From the NCBI GenBank assembly GCA_001600815.1, contig BCKZ01000002.1, forward strand, positions 1,062,294-1,126,293: a stretch of DNA of 64,000 nt, in the 5' to 3' direction. Below the pieces are notes generated by a model that made no database searches, was not told the origin of the DNA, and saw nothing but the letters and a program-made list of their open reading frames with translations. The position numbers and the translations under genes are program-made. This document shows positions 35,760 to 48,026 of this stretch, in pieces; the stretch's first letter is position 1, and the number at the start of each line of letters is the position of its first letter. This DNA is from Alloascoidea hylecoeti (taxonomy: Eukaryota).

Positions 35760-38700
35760 AAAATAATATTAAAAAAATGGTAAGGTAGAAAGCTATTCAT
35801 ATATTCTTATTCTTTTTTTTCCCCCAGGAGCCTAGTTCCTATTTATAATTGATGCAGAAGTTTAGACTTTTTGAAACTTAAATATGTTGGGTTTACTTAT
35901 AACTGCCTACCACGGTATAGATGGTTTCTGCATATTTACGCATGAATCGTGTTTGTATTCAAAAATCGTAAATATGCATACGCATCGATCAATATCATAC
36001 ATCTCTATTGTTATATATTTTAGAAGTTGAACATCTTTTAGTGAAAGCTTATTCTACTGATGTATAAATCTAGCTCGTAGGGAAATTCATAATTTTTTAT
36101 TGAATGTATACTTACTTATACCACATATTTACAATTATTCTATATATAGCTACGCATATTTAATGATTGTTCCAGTTTGAACCAATCAATATTTATAAAC
36201 GTTACTATTTTCTCTCCCTGGGGCTTCACATATATATAAACTTAAAAAACCACAATCATATAGAATCTAGACTGAAACTGCCATAATTTATGGGGAGAGA
36301 GATTCATACTATTTGATCTAATCTCACTTATTTAAACATTACGAAAATTTTTGGAGTCTCAAGATAATCCATTAATTTGTTTTCACTGAAATTCAAAGTA
36401 TCATGTAGTGCTTATGAAGATATATCAATAATCTATCTGTTAAAAACCTAGATGCGATTGTAATTGGGAAATTATATACATCTCGGTAACTTCCGGTGCT
36501 TCTCAGGTTACATATAATATATAAGATATCCAGATATTGTAAAGTCTTTGAAGTTTGTAGTAACTTTGTACTCATTTAAACTCGCAAGACAAGGTTAAAT
36601 TTATTCATTCTAAAATCAATTTGTCTCACCAACCCTATAACGTTAAGGTTCTATTTTAACCTTTTATATTGTTCATAGATAACAAAATGTTTGGTTCGAT
36701 AACATATCACAGACCAAAATTTCAGTGAATTTGAACACGTCTACAGCATCATACTGAACTAAGGACTCTATTACAACCGGTACATTAATACATTTTAAAT
36801 CTTCTTTTGATATACAACTATAGCTATGTTTATGTGAATACTTAATCTTCATGAATAATGGTTGTGTCATACGCTGATATCAATAGACAATTTTAAATGC
36901 AATACACATATCTTCTCTTTTTATATATATAGAGCTCGAGAAAGTTGTAATTGATATCATAAGTTTCATCTTAGTCAGACGCACTGGTGATTAATGTTAA
37001 CTAATTCAAACATCTGTTATAAAGTAAAAACAATCAAGAAGGATTCTTAGAGTCAAATATATAGAAGGATATTATTTTGATTTTATGTGTACCAATACAA
37101 TTAATATAATATTGGATGGAAACTAAAAACAAAACAAATCTAAAAGCGTTTAATTTCAATCTAATCCCGGACCTCAAGTAAAGTCGGGGGTACACTATTG
37201 TTATTTTTGTACTATTCAATGCTAATCATAAGTTCACGGAAATAGTCATACGTTTAAATCCATTCTACACATTAGCTAATTTAAATATATATTCATTTAT
37301 GTCGAGATTCTCAAAATAAAAACTTAAAACAGAATAAAGATAGTATATAGATTTTGAGCGAAATTCTCATACCATTAAAATTAGCCTTAACATGATATAG
37401 TAGTTAAGTATCTGAAAGTGTATACTCGTATAATAGAGAAAATTGGTTGATGTTAATCTTTAATATTAGTATCATGATCAATTGCAGTTTAGGTTAATGT
37501 TATGCGCATCGAGATGCCACCAATTAATTTTGTCCTATGCATATTTGAAAATTACGAGATGCGTCTTACATCTGTTCAACTATTTTTATCTGACGGTCTT
37601 CTTATTTAATTATAAATATATACGTATATACAGTGTTTCGTACCTATTACTCTTTCATACATTTAAAAATTACTTCATTATACATTTTCGATTGCAGAAC
37701 TCGAAAGAGCTTGTTTACCAGTATAATTGACTACTTACTTATATGTATACATGTATATATTTATAATCAACTGTAAATGTCAAATACATTAATATACCTT
37801 ATTAATTAGAAAAAGAAAATAAGGACCTAAAATATATAAGTACTTAGAGAGAATCACCTGTAGTTGCCGCTTAATTATTGACTAAATTACACTTGCATAT
37901 ACTAACCGTAGCCTATGTTGCAAAACACGTGTAATACACTATGTTAACGTTAAAGTTAATTTTCTTCTATGATATAAGAAGCCTACTTTCAGACTCGGAG
38001 AATCAAAAAGAGATATCATATATACCTCATCGGGTTAATAAGCATTTTGTTCAACAGCGGGACTCAACTTTAATGTTATAGTACAGCTATATATTTCCTT
38101 TTCTTTGGATGGTAGGAAATTTGCTCAATTGGAGTGAATCAATTCTCCGGAGTTAAGACAAAGCATTAGTTGTAACTAAGTATTAAAATTATAAACCACA
38201 TATTCCAATAAATAAATTGAATATATTACATTTATATGGTTATATGGCTTAAAATTTTATATAGCTAGAGAAATACAGTTTATAATAAGTAATAGGAATC
38301 AATCTCTGTAACTTTTTGTAACTAATTAATATTAATAACAAGAATATGATTATAATTTATATATATTCACTATCCATTCTTCTTATTCTATGTTACTGTA
38401 TCTTATCATCATTGTTTACGCAAATATTATACATTTAATCTTCATTTGATTCACGTAAGCGATGATCTGTAAAATGAAGCGTCATGGTATATGGATTTAT
38501 TTTTTTCTACATTTAAATCACTGCTACAGAAATACCTTACTATCTGTATATGATAGCATAATTAATGACGAGTTTAAATACAGGTCCGGGAAGGTGGAAG
38601 TGATTAAAATGTATCATTAATTGAATTATTAAGGATTTCGATAAAATTTATTTATACCAAAAAGTGAACTCTGAGATTTCCTATTTCTATTTATTATGGT

Positions 38701-39399
38701 TTTGAAGAAGTAAAAGAGATATGAATATATATGAATCTATATTATAATTGGTTCCTTTAATTTTGTGAAGCTTGTATTTTTGTACCTGCGGATTGTCGCA
38801 GGGTGCTTTTGAAAAGACGCATGATATAATTACGGATGATTGCCTAGTTTGTCAGCAGCATATATATATCACATGACGAATTATCAGCCGCACACTACAC
38901 AATAAGTAAGTANGTTTGTTAACTCTAAGGTCAGATTATGTAAGTTTATTCGTTCTTAGAAAGTCTATATATTTTATACCAATTACCCTCCTCGATATGT
39001 TCCGGCAGAGGTCCAACTCTAATTAGGGTATCCGATAGCTATTGAAAACTGTCTCCAGAAAACTGACACCTAGTCGTACATATACAATAGCCTGGTATTT
39101 AGCACGAACACATGGAAATGCATATGCCTGCATCCTTAAATTTAACAGGAGTGAACGTATATAGTTGTCCCGAATAAACAAAAGTGAGAGAAAATAAAAT
39201 GAATACCGTTTAAATACCAATTTTGACCACTATAAGACTTATATGTATCTAGATATTTAGCTTTACATATAAGAAACCACTCTTAGTTGTTATTATGGAG
39301 ACAAACTAGCCATAACATATTGATCGTTCCTTATTCATTTAGGAAAGTTCTCTAAAGAAAACTAAGACACCACCCATACATTCTACTTAGACAGTGATG

Positions 39400-40400
39400 C
39401 CCAAACAATAAATAGGCCTATACATGTACAAGCATTTAAGTTTGGATATAGGTTTTTTTTTCTTTTTTTGTGCTTACTCACCATTTTTATTCGTCCGAAA
39501 GATGGTGATCTTTGATATTATTTATCTGTCTAGATTTTTGAGTTTGTCTGTAGAAGCTTATACCTAGGCCTCCTAGTTTAAGGAAGTTGTCTGCCTCATG
39601 TGTGTTGAGATAATCAGTAATCTAATGTTTAAGCGTATAATTATCCTTTGATTTTATATAATATTACGTGCTTGTAGGTCTATTAAGTAACTGACTACAT
39701 ATAGGCTTTGGTAAATATATGATGGATTCCAATAAATAAGTGCGGGGGAGCTATTAAACCAGTAACTTATTTAAGCTTAAGCTTCAACATATTTCCATGA
39801 CAGGTACAATTTCAAAATTCTCTCCTATATTCACACCGATTGTTTAGTATTGCATATGTTCGTATCATCCCGCGTAAACATCAAGTCTATTATTCTTATT
39901 TTCTTGGAACTGAAACTGTACTTCTTATAATTTTAACATTTGCAATTGGTTTCTGTGTAACATTTAGTAGTTAAATGTTATATTGGATATGAATCGATAC
40001 TACCATTTGATATAGTCTATATGTAGACTATACTTCGAATTCATTGTTGAACGCCTCTTCAACTACAGAGTACAATCACATATAGACGTGATGTTTTGAA
40101 GAAGTTTCTGATCAATTATTAAATATCCTTGAGTATAGGTAAATGCATAGACTTATACATGTACTGTAATTGAGATTCCAGCCTCAAAAGACAATTGCAA
40201 AATAAACCCGAATTAGAAAACCTTTACTTTCAATAGGATTTCGGATCCATCTATATCCTTCAGTAGAGACATTCATGTACACTTACAAATTTATCCAATT
40301 TCTTTCTCCGATACTTTCTTAAACATTGTAGCTATATCACTATATCCGTTGTGTTTTTTACCCAAACTTCCATGGCCATTTAATTGGGATACATGTGCGA
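39400..40400 (-). mobile_element. Old L1-like non-LTR reverse transcriptase relic upstream of tRNA-Leu
   Basis: Collinear minus-strand motifs: KGFLIRVYFAIVF (for LDFxKAFD, about 40225-40186), RGVQQ* (40058-40041, for RGxRQG), VYA/DDT with one extra base (39879-39861, YADD), IKG*, and LGGLGI (about 39578-39560). Confidence 0.7.
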
Positions 40401-40920
40401 AATACAATTCCAATACTTTGTATGCCTATCCTTATAATTAATTATAATATAAACCCATCATTACTTATCGTTTTGTTTATATAGAACTTTCATTTTACTA
40501 TATTAGTTATAAGATTTTATAGCATTACAAATTTTATAATACCAATATCACCATTGTACAATTGAAACTTAGATTCTTTAGAGTTCAGTGTACGTTTTAT
40601 GTGTAACTACAGCTTGATCCTTTGAGAATAGTTATAAAAGTAAGAGTGATTTTATATTTGTTTAATAGATATCCAGTTTACCGATTAGTAAAACTGTATT
40701 AATACACGATTGTATTATTAACTAGCTAAACACTGATATCGATTTAGTGCCTCTTGATATAAAAGATAACAACATTATACCGGTATATTAAAACTGAGAA
40801 CTTTTTTAGAAATCAAACAAAAAAAGCTATTTAATTACTCAATTGCAACAATATAAATAGTTACCCTAATTCCCAAAGTGTCATCAACCTCCCCTATTAG
40901 ATGTACTGCATTCACCACTC

Positions 40921-41690
40921 TTTTTTTTAACCTTTCATATAATTTCCAATTAAATTATATAACTAGAAACTATGTAAATTCTGAGGAAATCTCTACTATA
41001 TATAGTGAAATAAAAACCTCTTTTTCTATTCTTCTTATTTTTGTGTATTCTTGACACTCTTCTTTCTTCCATTCTTATGTACCTAGACCACCTTTAAAGT
41101 AAATTTTTTTTTTAGATATATTTTACTTTTTCAAGTTTTTAGATATTAGAATTCCCCAATCAATCTCATTTAATATTTGTGGTGGTGTCCCTGCAAATCT
41201 AATATTTTTCCTTAGCTCAAGTGCCTTTTTGATAAAAGCCCCATTTTTTTCTATATGGTTATCTTTTGAATTTATGATCAATAATTTGATCCCAATTCTA
41301 TCGCTTCCTAACATCAACTTCTTTAGTATTCTTATGGTTGAGCAATCTTCAAATAGATGTAATATGTCGTCCTTACCTTGTTGACATAAACTACAAATAT
41401 CAGATTTTTGCCACCATTTTTTTGCATTTTTGTTAGGATGTAGCATATGAGTAACGTATCCCAAGCTGAGTAAATGTATCCATTGTGTCTCCTCAGGGTG
41501 TTCCTTATATGTTTCTTTGATAAATCCCCACCATTTCTTCCAATTTTCATTTTTTAGTTCCGGAATTAACTGCATCCATTTGTTTAGTTTCAATATAATT
41601 TTGTTTTTATTATACCACTTTTGGCTTATTGATTTAATTGAGTATTTGGATATGTTTTCTTCTTCACCAAAGGAACACCAAAAATAATGG
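40921..41690 (-). mobile_element. 5'-truncated L1-like element (ORF2 C-terminal zinc knuckle, 3' UTR, A-tail) starting about 40-60 bp upstream of tRNA-Leu
   Basis: Open frame with WKKWW and CSLCQQGKDDILHLFEDC (CCHC), stop at 41123, AT-rich 3' UTR, and T8 at 40921-40928 (A-tail on the minus strand). Confidence 0.8.
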
Positions 41691-41729
41691 TGATGTCATG
41701 ATTGTTGTTCCTTTACAGAGACAGAAGTT

Positions 41730-41812
41730 GGAGGGTTGGCCGAGTGGTCTAAGGCGGCAGACTTAAGATCTGCTGGACGTTGTCCGCGCGAGTTCGAACC
41801 TCGCATCCTTCA
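41730..41812 (+). tRNA. tRNA-Leu (anticodon TAA)
   Basis: GGAGGGTTGGCCGAGTGGTCTAAGGCGGCAGACTTAAGATCTGC...GTTCGAACCTCGCATCCTTCA with a long variable arm and a T-run terminator at 41818-41822. Confidence 0.97.
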
Positions 41813-41879
41813 TTATCTTTTTACCTACAAGGAATGATGAAAAGAGAAAAACTGCGTTTATATTTAAAATACAAATAAT

Positions 41880-43922
41880 AATGATACATACACAGAGTTC
41901 ATGATCATTTAGACCTGGGTCCTCATTTTATAAACACTGTTATGGGGTCCATCACAAACCAAACAGGATCGGTGCTAATAAATGGCGTCCAGCCCAGATC
42001 ATTCCTGTTACGGTCTGGGCTGCGCCAAGCCCAATTGCGCCTAGTTTATTCGCTTTGGCAATCGTACCGTTATCTCAATACTTACAACTCAACCTTGAAG
42101 GTGTCTCTATATCAGCAAAAAAAAACATCCGCTCACTTAAAGTGAGCTTATTTGCCGATGACCTTTCAATATTTATAAATTCCAGAAACGACAAAGACGT
42201 CCTTGATAGGGCATTATCTATTTACAAACGCTCATCTAGATCGGTGGTTAATGATGGGAAAACAAAAATATACTTTCCAGTGGACACCAAACGATCTATA
42301 AGTAATCAATCACCATTAAACAAGTATAAAGTCGTCAATAGTTTCTAATATCTGGGAATATCAATGGGTAGAGGAGTTAACCCCGGAATAATCTGGGAAG
42401 AAATGATAAAAAATATTAAATCAAGATTGATATATCTATTTCACCACTATAATAACATAAGAACCAGGTGCATCATAGTAAATATATACGTGATGTCCAT
42501 GATGTCCAAGACGCTTTTTCTTATGGAATTTATTCCACCCCCAAAAGGTATCTTGAACAAAATTATGAAAATAATTAAAAATACATAGGCACATATGGTC
42601 AAGTATCGCTCAAAGTATTAACAACCCCAGCAAAGAGTGGAGGTTATGGTCTGATAGACCTAATGGTTCGACAGAAAGGCCGACATTCCTATCATTTATC
42701 ATCCTTGCTAACCAATGAAGATGATGACCTCCAAATCACAATCAGGGAACAAATGATATATCATGGGGTTAAAGCTTCAATACTAGCAAATAAAATAATA
42801 GAAAAAGAAAAAAAATGCTAAAAATGATAATTTATTACACCTGGACTGGGATCAAATGTTAATAATCAATAATAAGTATCTTCATGAAAATTTCTCGACA
42901 GCAAATGTGCAATACCTTCAATACTTCAAACAAAATCTAAAAATAATCTAGCCCTGGAACACATATTTATCCCTTTTCTGTGAAACCACAACAGTTGGAG
43001 ACATAAGCATACAATTTATTAAAAATAAAAGTCTAAGGTCTATTAAAGATTTCATTCATTCCATGGAATTGATAGATAAAGCAGCAAACTCCCAAAGTTT
43101 GAATGTAGAGGATTCATCGGTTTACAAAATGAAGTGCTCGACAAATTCAGTTGGAGGAGCATTTGTAAAAGTTTCTTCAAAGCAAATAATCAAAAAGTAT
43201 TAGTACCAAATGAATTGGAAAAAACCTACAAAATTGGTGTCAATAAATGGGGTTTGCTATGGAAAATAATCCATAAAAACAACCTTTATCTATCAAACGT
43301 TATAGATGATTATCAAATATTCAGCAGTGGTTCATTTTTACATTTTTACAACAATCTCAAAGACAAAAGGTGTCCTTGCCATGATAAATTGGAATTATCT
43401 TTTGAACATGTATTCTCTACATGTGAAATTACAAAGAAAATATGGCCCTATAACCAAAAAGTGATAGAACTAAAAGAAAAAGAAATCGAAGTGAAATATT
43501 TCCTTGACTTTAATCATAAGGAAAGAAAAGAATTAATATTAAGAGCGGTAACCGTTTTTTTGGTTAGAAAATACCACAGAAGATACTATCAACAGGAGAA
43601 TAGTTTATCAGCATCTCAATGGAGTAAAATGATTGAAAGGGACTCCACAAAGCTTTGTTCTGAATCACTTACGTGCTATGGACAAAAAAAGAAAAATAGG
43701 AAAGATGTATACGTATGACATCCTTTATTCGTATTAATTGAGTAAGAAGTTGGAAATGGTGGCAATAATACTATAAAAAGTAACAACATTACTCAAAAAA
43801 GAGTGAACCCCTAACATTAGTAATAGGTTTTTTTATTTTCACAAATTTTTGGTATAAATATAGTATTTATAGATAAAGCAGTTTAATATAGAGCCTTAAT
43901 GGCCACTTAAAAAAAAAAAAAA
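41880..43922 (+). mobile_element. 5'-truncated, frameshifted L1-like element (RT domain to zinc knuckle, 3' UTR, A14 tail) starting about 70 bp downstream of tRNA-Leu
   Basis: Motifs LGPHFIN..VLING..SGLRQ, LFADDL (FADD at 42151-42162), VNDGKT, *YLGI, PAKSGGYGLIDL, CPCHDKLELSFEHVFSTC. Poly(A) at 43909-43922. Confidence 0.9.
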
Positions 43923-44043
43923 TATTAGTCTTTATCTGATAAGATGAAGAAATAAAAATAAATAATTACTATACATACATTTACAATATATATTTATAAA
44001 TTTAAATAGTTTACAATAAAATATAATTAAGTAAAAAAAAAAA

Positions 44044-44506
44044 GGGAAATTAGACAAATGTCCTATGCTTACAGAACGGTACTAAAACAGAAGAACATGT
44101 CTTTAACAGTTGTTCAATGAAAACTATAATTTGACTCGCTTATTGGAAAGATCTATGCTTGAATAATTTGCTTTGTCCACCCTTGCAAGACTCTCAATTT
44201 ATAAAACACATAAGCCTTAGTGTGGAGGTAATATGGCAAATATGGGTCATTAGGCGCTTTAGTTCTATATGTATTGATTTAACACTGGAGTCCTCATCAA
44301 TTATCAAATTGGCGAATATGGAAAAATGTAATCTAATTTAAAAATTCAAATACAGTAGATGATCACGTTAGATATGATCTCAGACTTGGTTTTACCACAT
44401 GGGTATTTATACCGTTATTTTATAAATATTCAATGATTCTTTTTATCGTTTTATAGATTAGCTAGTATAATTTATAATAAAATGATTACCGGTAGGTAAA
44501 AAAAAA
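44044..44506 (+). mobile_element. Second downstream L1-like 3' fragment (zinc knuckle, A-tail) in tandem behind the first
   Basis: DKCP/CLQNGTKTEEHVFNSC (44053-44113, one frameshift), VIWQIWVIR, A9 at 44498-44506. Preceded by another A11 run at 44033-44043. Confidence 0.7.
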
Positions 44507-44967
44507 TAATAGAAATCCTATGGCAAATACATAGAAGATTCAACTCTTGTGAATTAAAAACGGACTCAGAGTCCATCATTCATTTAGCAAATATACACAT
44601 CATTATAATAAATCTACACAAAATTCAATTAAAAACCAAATTTTCAAAGAAGTTGAGCGACAAAAATCAATTCATTAAAATGATGATACGTATAGAAAAT
44701 CTGTCAGATATCTAATTTAGTTATACGGATATAATGATCGCAATGTATATCTTGTGGAGCTAAGCTTGATCATTTATATCAAGTGTTTTACAAACCCTCA
44801 CGAACGTATTTTTGTAATGGACTCATATTTCTCTCCGCAGTAACGGATGATTTTTTTCCGATTACCGAAGATAAAGGAACCTATTCGAGCATATTCAAAT
44901 AGGTGTTTGGATGTTATATACACATTTGTTCGGCCTAAGGTCATTGTCCAGAGAGTAAAAACTGATC

Positions 44968-46630
44968 ATGATGAATTCAATGGAATACGACAACCCAACT
45001 CGCCTGGTTAATCGGCACGAGGGCCATAGTCATAAAATACATTCTAAGTTTGGGTATATACTGTTTGGGATAACGGTGTTTGTCTATCTACTCATTGGAG
45101 GGATAAACTTGTTACAATACAAAAAATGGCTGATTTCAAAACGATTGCGGATCATACGGATGCCATTATGGATATCCATCGGGTTCTGGGCAATTATAAC
45201 AGCAATATTGACCTTCGTTAACAACCCTATCTCTCTAGGTACGATAGCGCATCGTATAGGGAGGTAAGTAAATATTTGACATCAAAATTTCAACATCTGC
45301 TAATAGATACTACATCTTTAGGTTATGTTTTGTTTATTTACCATTCACAATTATGATAACATTAAAGCCTTCTCCCCTTCCCTACACGTTTTATCTTAAA
45401 CTGGTGCCTTTACATAAATGGATGTCGAGATTTGTAGTGTTATTAGGCACTCTTCATGGAATACTCTTCAGTGCAAAATGGATAAAAGAATCCACACCAC
45501 ATAAATTCTTTAAATTTCTAAACTTTTTAGGCATCATCACCTTATTACTCTGGTTTTCCATTTCCATCGTATCACTGAAACCAATTAGACAACGATTCTA
45601 CACTATGTTTTATACTAGTCATTATCTATTATCTTGGATTTCAATTTTAATGTTAGGAGTTCATTCTAGGCCAGGAGTCATTATTTATGCTTTAATCTGT
45701 GTGTTCGTTTTATTGGGTCAAATGGGTTATAGACGTTATATTTCAAAAGAATTGCGACTTCATGTAATTTCAGTATCACCTACATTATCAATAGTTAAAA
45801 TTGATAGAGATTTCTTACCAAAACAATTCATACCTGGCTCGCATATTCGATTATCAGGTAAACTTTCGATAATATCAAACTGGTTATTACCATCTCATCC
45901 TTATACAATTGCATCGATACCTTCAGATGAAGAAGCATCTCTTGTTATAAGAAAATCGAATTATAATATCAATTCGGATGATTTTTATACGATATGGAGC
46001 ACTTTTCCATCAATATCACAGGAAATGATTAACTCTATTGAAAGGTCAATTATAATTGCTGGCGGATCTGGAATTTCATTCGCTGCCCCAATATATAGAA
46101 CATTACTTCTAAAAGGTATCCCGGTTGAATTGATATGGGTTACAAAAAACAAGTTAGATAAATCTATTTTGGAGCATTTGAAAATTGAAAATGCCAAAGT
46201 TTATATTACTAGTGAAGATAATCCAGCATCAAATAGTGGAAACAACATGGAGTTACAAGATATTGACATTGAAAATGCAACAGAAAATCCTTTTGAACCA
46301 CCAAATGAAGTCGAATCAGTAGATCTAGAAGATGACTCCTTTAATATTGACTCTGATGAGGAAGACGGACAATTGTTAGGAAATGAAGTAGATGATAGTA
46401 GAATTCCTTTAACGGGGGGATTTACTTCGAAATCAACTAATATAGGTATTCAAATCTATCATGGAAGACCATTTCTACAAGATGATATACGGTCTTTGTC
46501 TGGAACATCAAGAACCAAAAATGATAATTCTCTGGTGTTTAGTTGTGGACCAGAGGGTCTGGTTAATGAAGTTGCTAAAATATGCAAAAGGGAAAAATTA
46601 CCATGTTTTAAAGAAATCTATCAAATGTAA
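44968..46630 (+). CDS. AIM14: Aim14/Yno1-type ferric reductase/NADPH oxidase family protein; intron 45264-45321
   Basis: N-terminal RHEGH..KFGY, LKPSPLP..YLKLVPLHKWMSR, FAD motif HPYTIAS, AGGSGISF, CGP. The GTAAGT..GCTAAT..TAG intron joins the two ORFs in frame. Confidence 0.85.
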
Positions 46631-46930
46631 ATAGGAAGAAGATCAAATAACTTTAAAAGCTTTATATCATTAATTAGAGCATGAATTTGGTACACCTTAT
46701 TACAATTCGGAAAGGATAAACTGCTGACTGCTGGAATTAGAATTGCAATTTTTTAATAACCATTATTGGGATATTTATGAAGCCAAAAACAATGGCTTTG
46801 TAAGTATAATTAATTTTATAGCTATAAATTATATGTATTATAAGATATATTAGTGTGCATATGAAAATTTTAACAAATGATGTTTACACAGAAAAATATG
46901 TGTAAAATATTCTATACTCTATTAATCTTC

Positions 46931-47857
46931 TTATTCAAGTAAACCCTTAAATAATAACAAGGTGTCACCATTTTTTAGATTCAATGAAGTCAATTTTTTA
47001 CTGAAAGTCAATAATTCAACATCGTCTTCCTTATACTCTTCCTCATTCAAATCAGCAGTGCTTCCAACTTTCTTATCATCTACCAAATTGAATAACAAAT
47101 ACTTTAACCAGTATAAATGAAATCTTCCGTTCTCATCACTTACATTATTATTAACACCTATTAATCCCAGCAAATTTAAAACATAATCTAGATTACGACC
47201 GATTGACCATTGATTATTAAGAACTATCGGAGTGCTTTCTAAATCGGCCCAATTTATGTCGTTTGTATTATAATTTGAATAGGAAGATTTGGGAAAATGC
47301 CGTAAATATAAATATAATTTAGAAGTTTCAGGAAGTTTTTTAATCTGTGGAGTTGTATGAGCATCTGCTAATCTTTTCATTTGTGACAATTGTGTTATTT
47401 GATATGATTTAGAATGGGGGTTTGGCTTCTTTGCTGCTAAACCGAATTTGAACTTAGAGCCTAACACAGTCGTAGATTGTGGAGGTTTTGAGGATGTATC
47501 CTGGTCCTTCAAGAATTTTTTTAGGCGGGTTAGGACAACCGCTCTCCAGTTTGCCTTCTTTTTTGAATTTATAGATAGGGGTGTAGATGTAGCAGCAGAA
47601 TTTCCTAAGACATGACCAGAAGAACCAACGCCTTTCCTATCGGGGAAATATTGATTTATTGATGTTTTATAGTGTATTGTTGTATTATATTGGTTATTGT
47701 TATTGTTATCATTATCAGGTTTACAATTATGCGATGATTGAGTACGATGTTTAGAACAAAATTCCTCGTTACAATGAACGCATTTAAAAGGTAGAAAGTC
47801 GATTTCATGACAGAAATGACAATGAACACCGATTTCCATTAAACCCGTCTTCGACAT
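46931..47857 (-). CDS. CUZ1: AN1-type zinc finger, Cdc48-associated protein
   Basis: GVHCHFCHEIDFLPFKCVHCNEEFCSKHR, WSIGRNLD and a C-terminal ubiquitin-like LKNGDTLLL. Confidence 0.85.
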   Translation of the reverse strand: MSKTGLMEIGVHCHFCHEIDFLPFKCVHCNEEFCSKHRTQSSHNCKPDNDNNNNNQYNTTIHYKTSINQYFPDRKGVGSSGHVLGNSAATSTPLSINSKKKANWRAVVLTRLKKFLKDQDTSSKPPQSTTVLGSKFKFGLAAKKPNPHSKSYQITQLSQMKRLADAHTTPQIKKLPETSKLYLYLRHFPKSSYSNYNTNDINWADLESTPIVLNNQWSIGRNLDYVLNLLGLIGVNNNVSDENGRFHLYWLKYLLFNLVDDKKVGSTADLNEEEYKEDDVELLTFSKKLTSLNLKNGDTLLLFKGLLE

Positions 47858-48026
47858 TTTCTTCTGTTAATTTTGCTAAGAAATAATACTTATAATTAAT
47901 ATTTGATATTTCTCTTCTATTTATAAGTAGAACATTAATAATGAAAATAATAATCTGTACTCCCATACATCCATACCACTAACTAGACAAAAAAAAAAAG
48001 TGTTTATAAATCAACCCACCATTATT

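Noticed and set aside
40911..41669. TTCACCA at 40911-40917 and 41663-41669 as a target-site duplication
   Set aside because: Not flush with the A-tail, and the reading frame stays open through the second copy; too short to trust.
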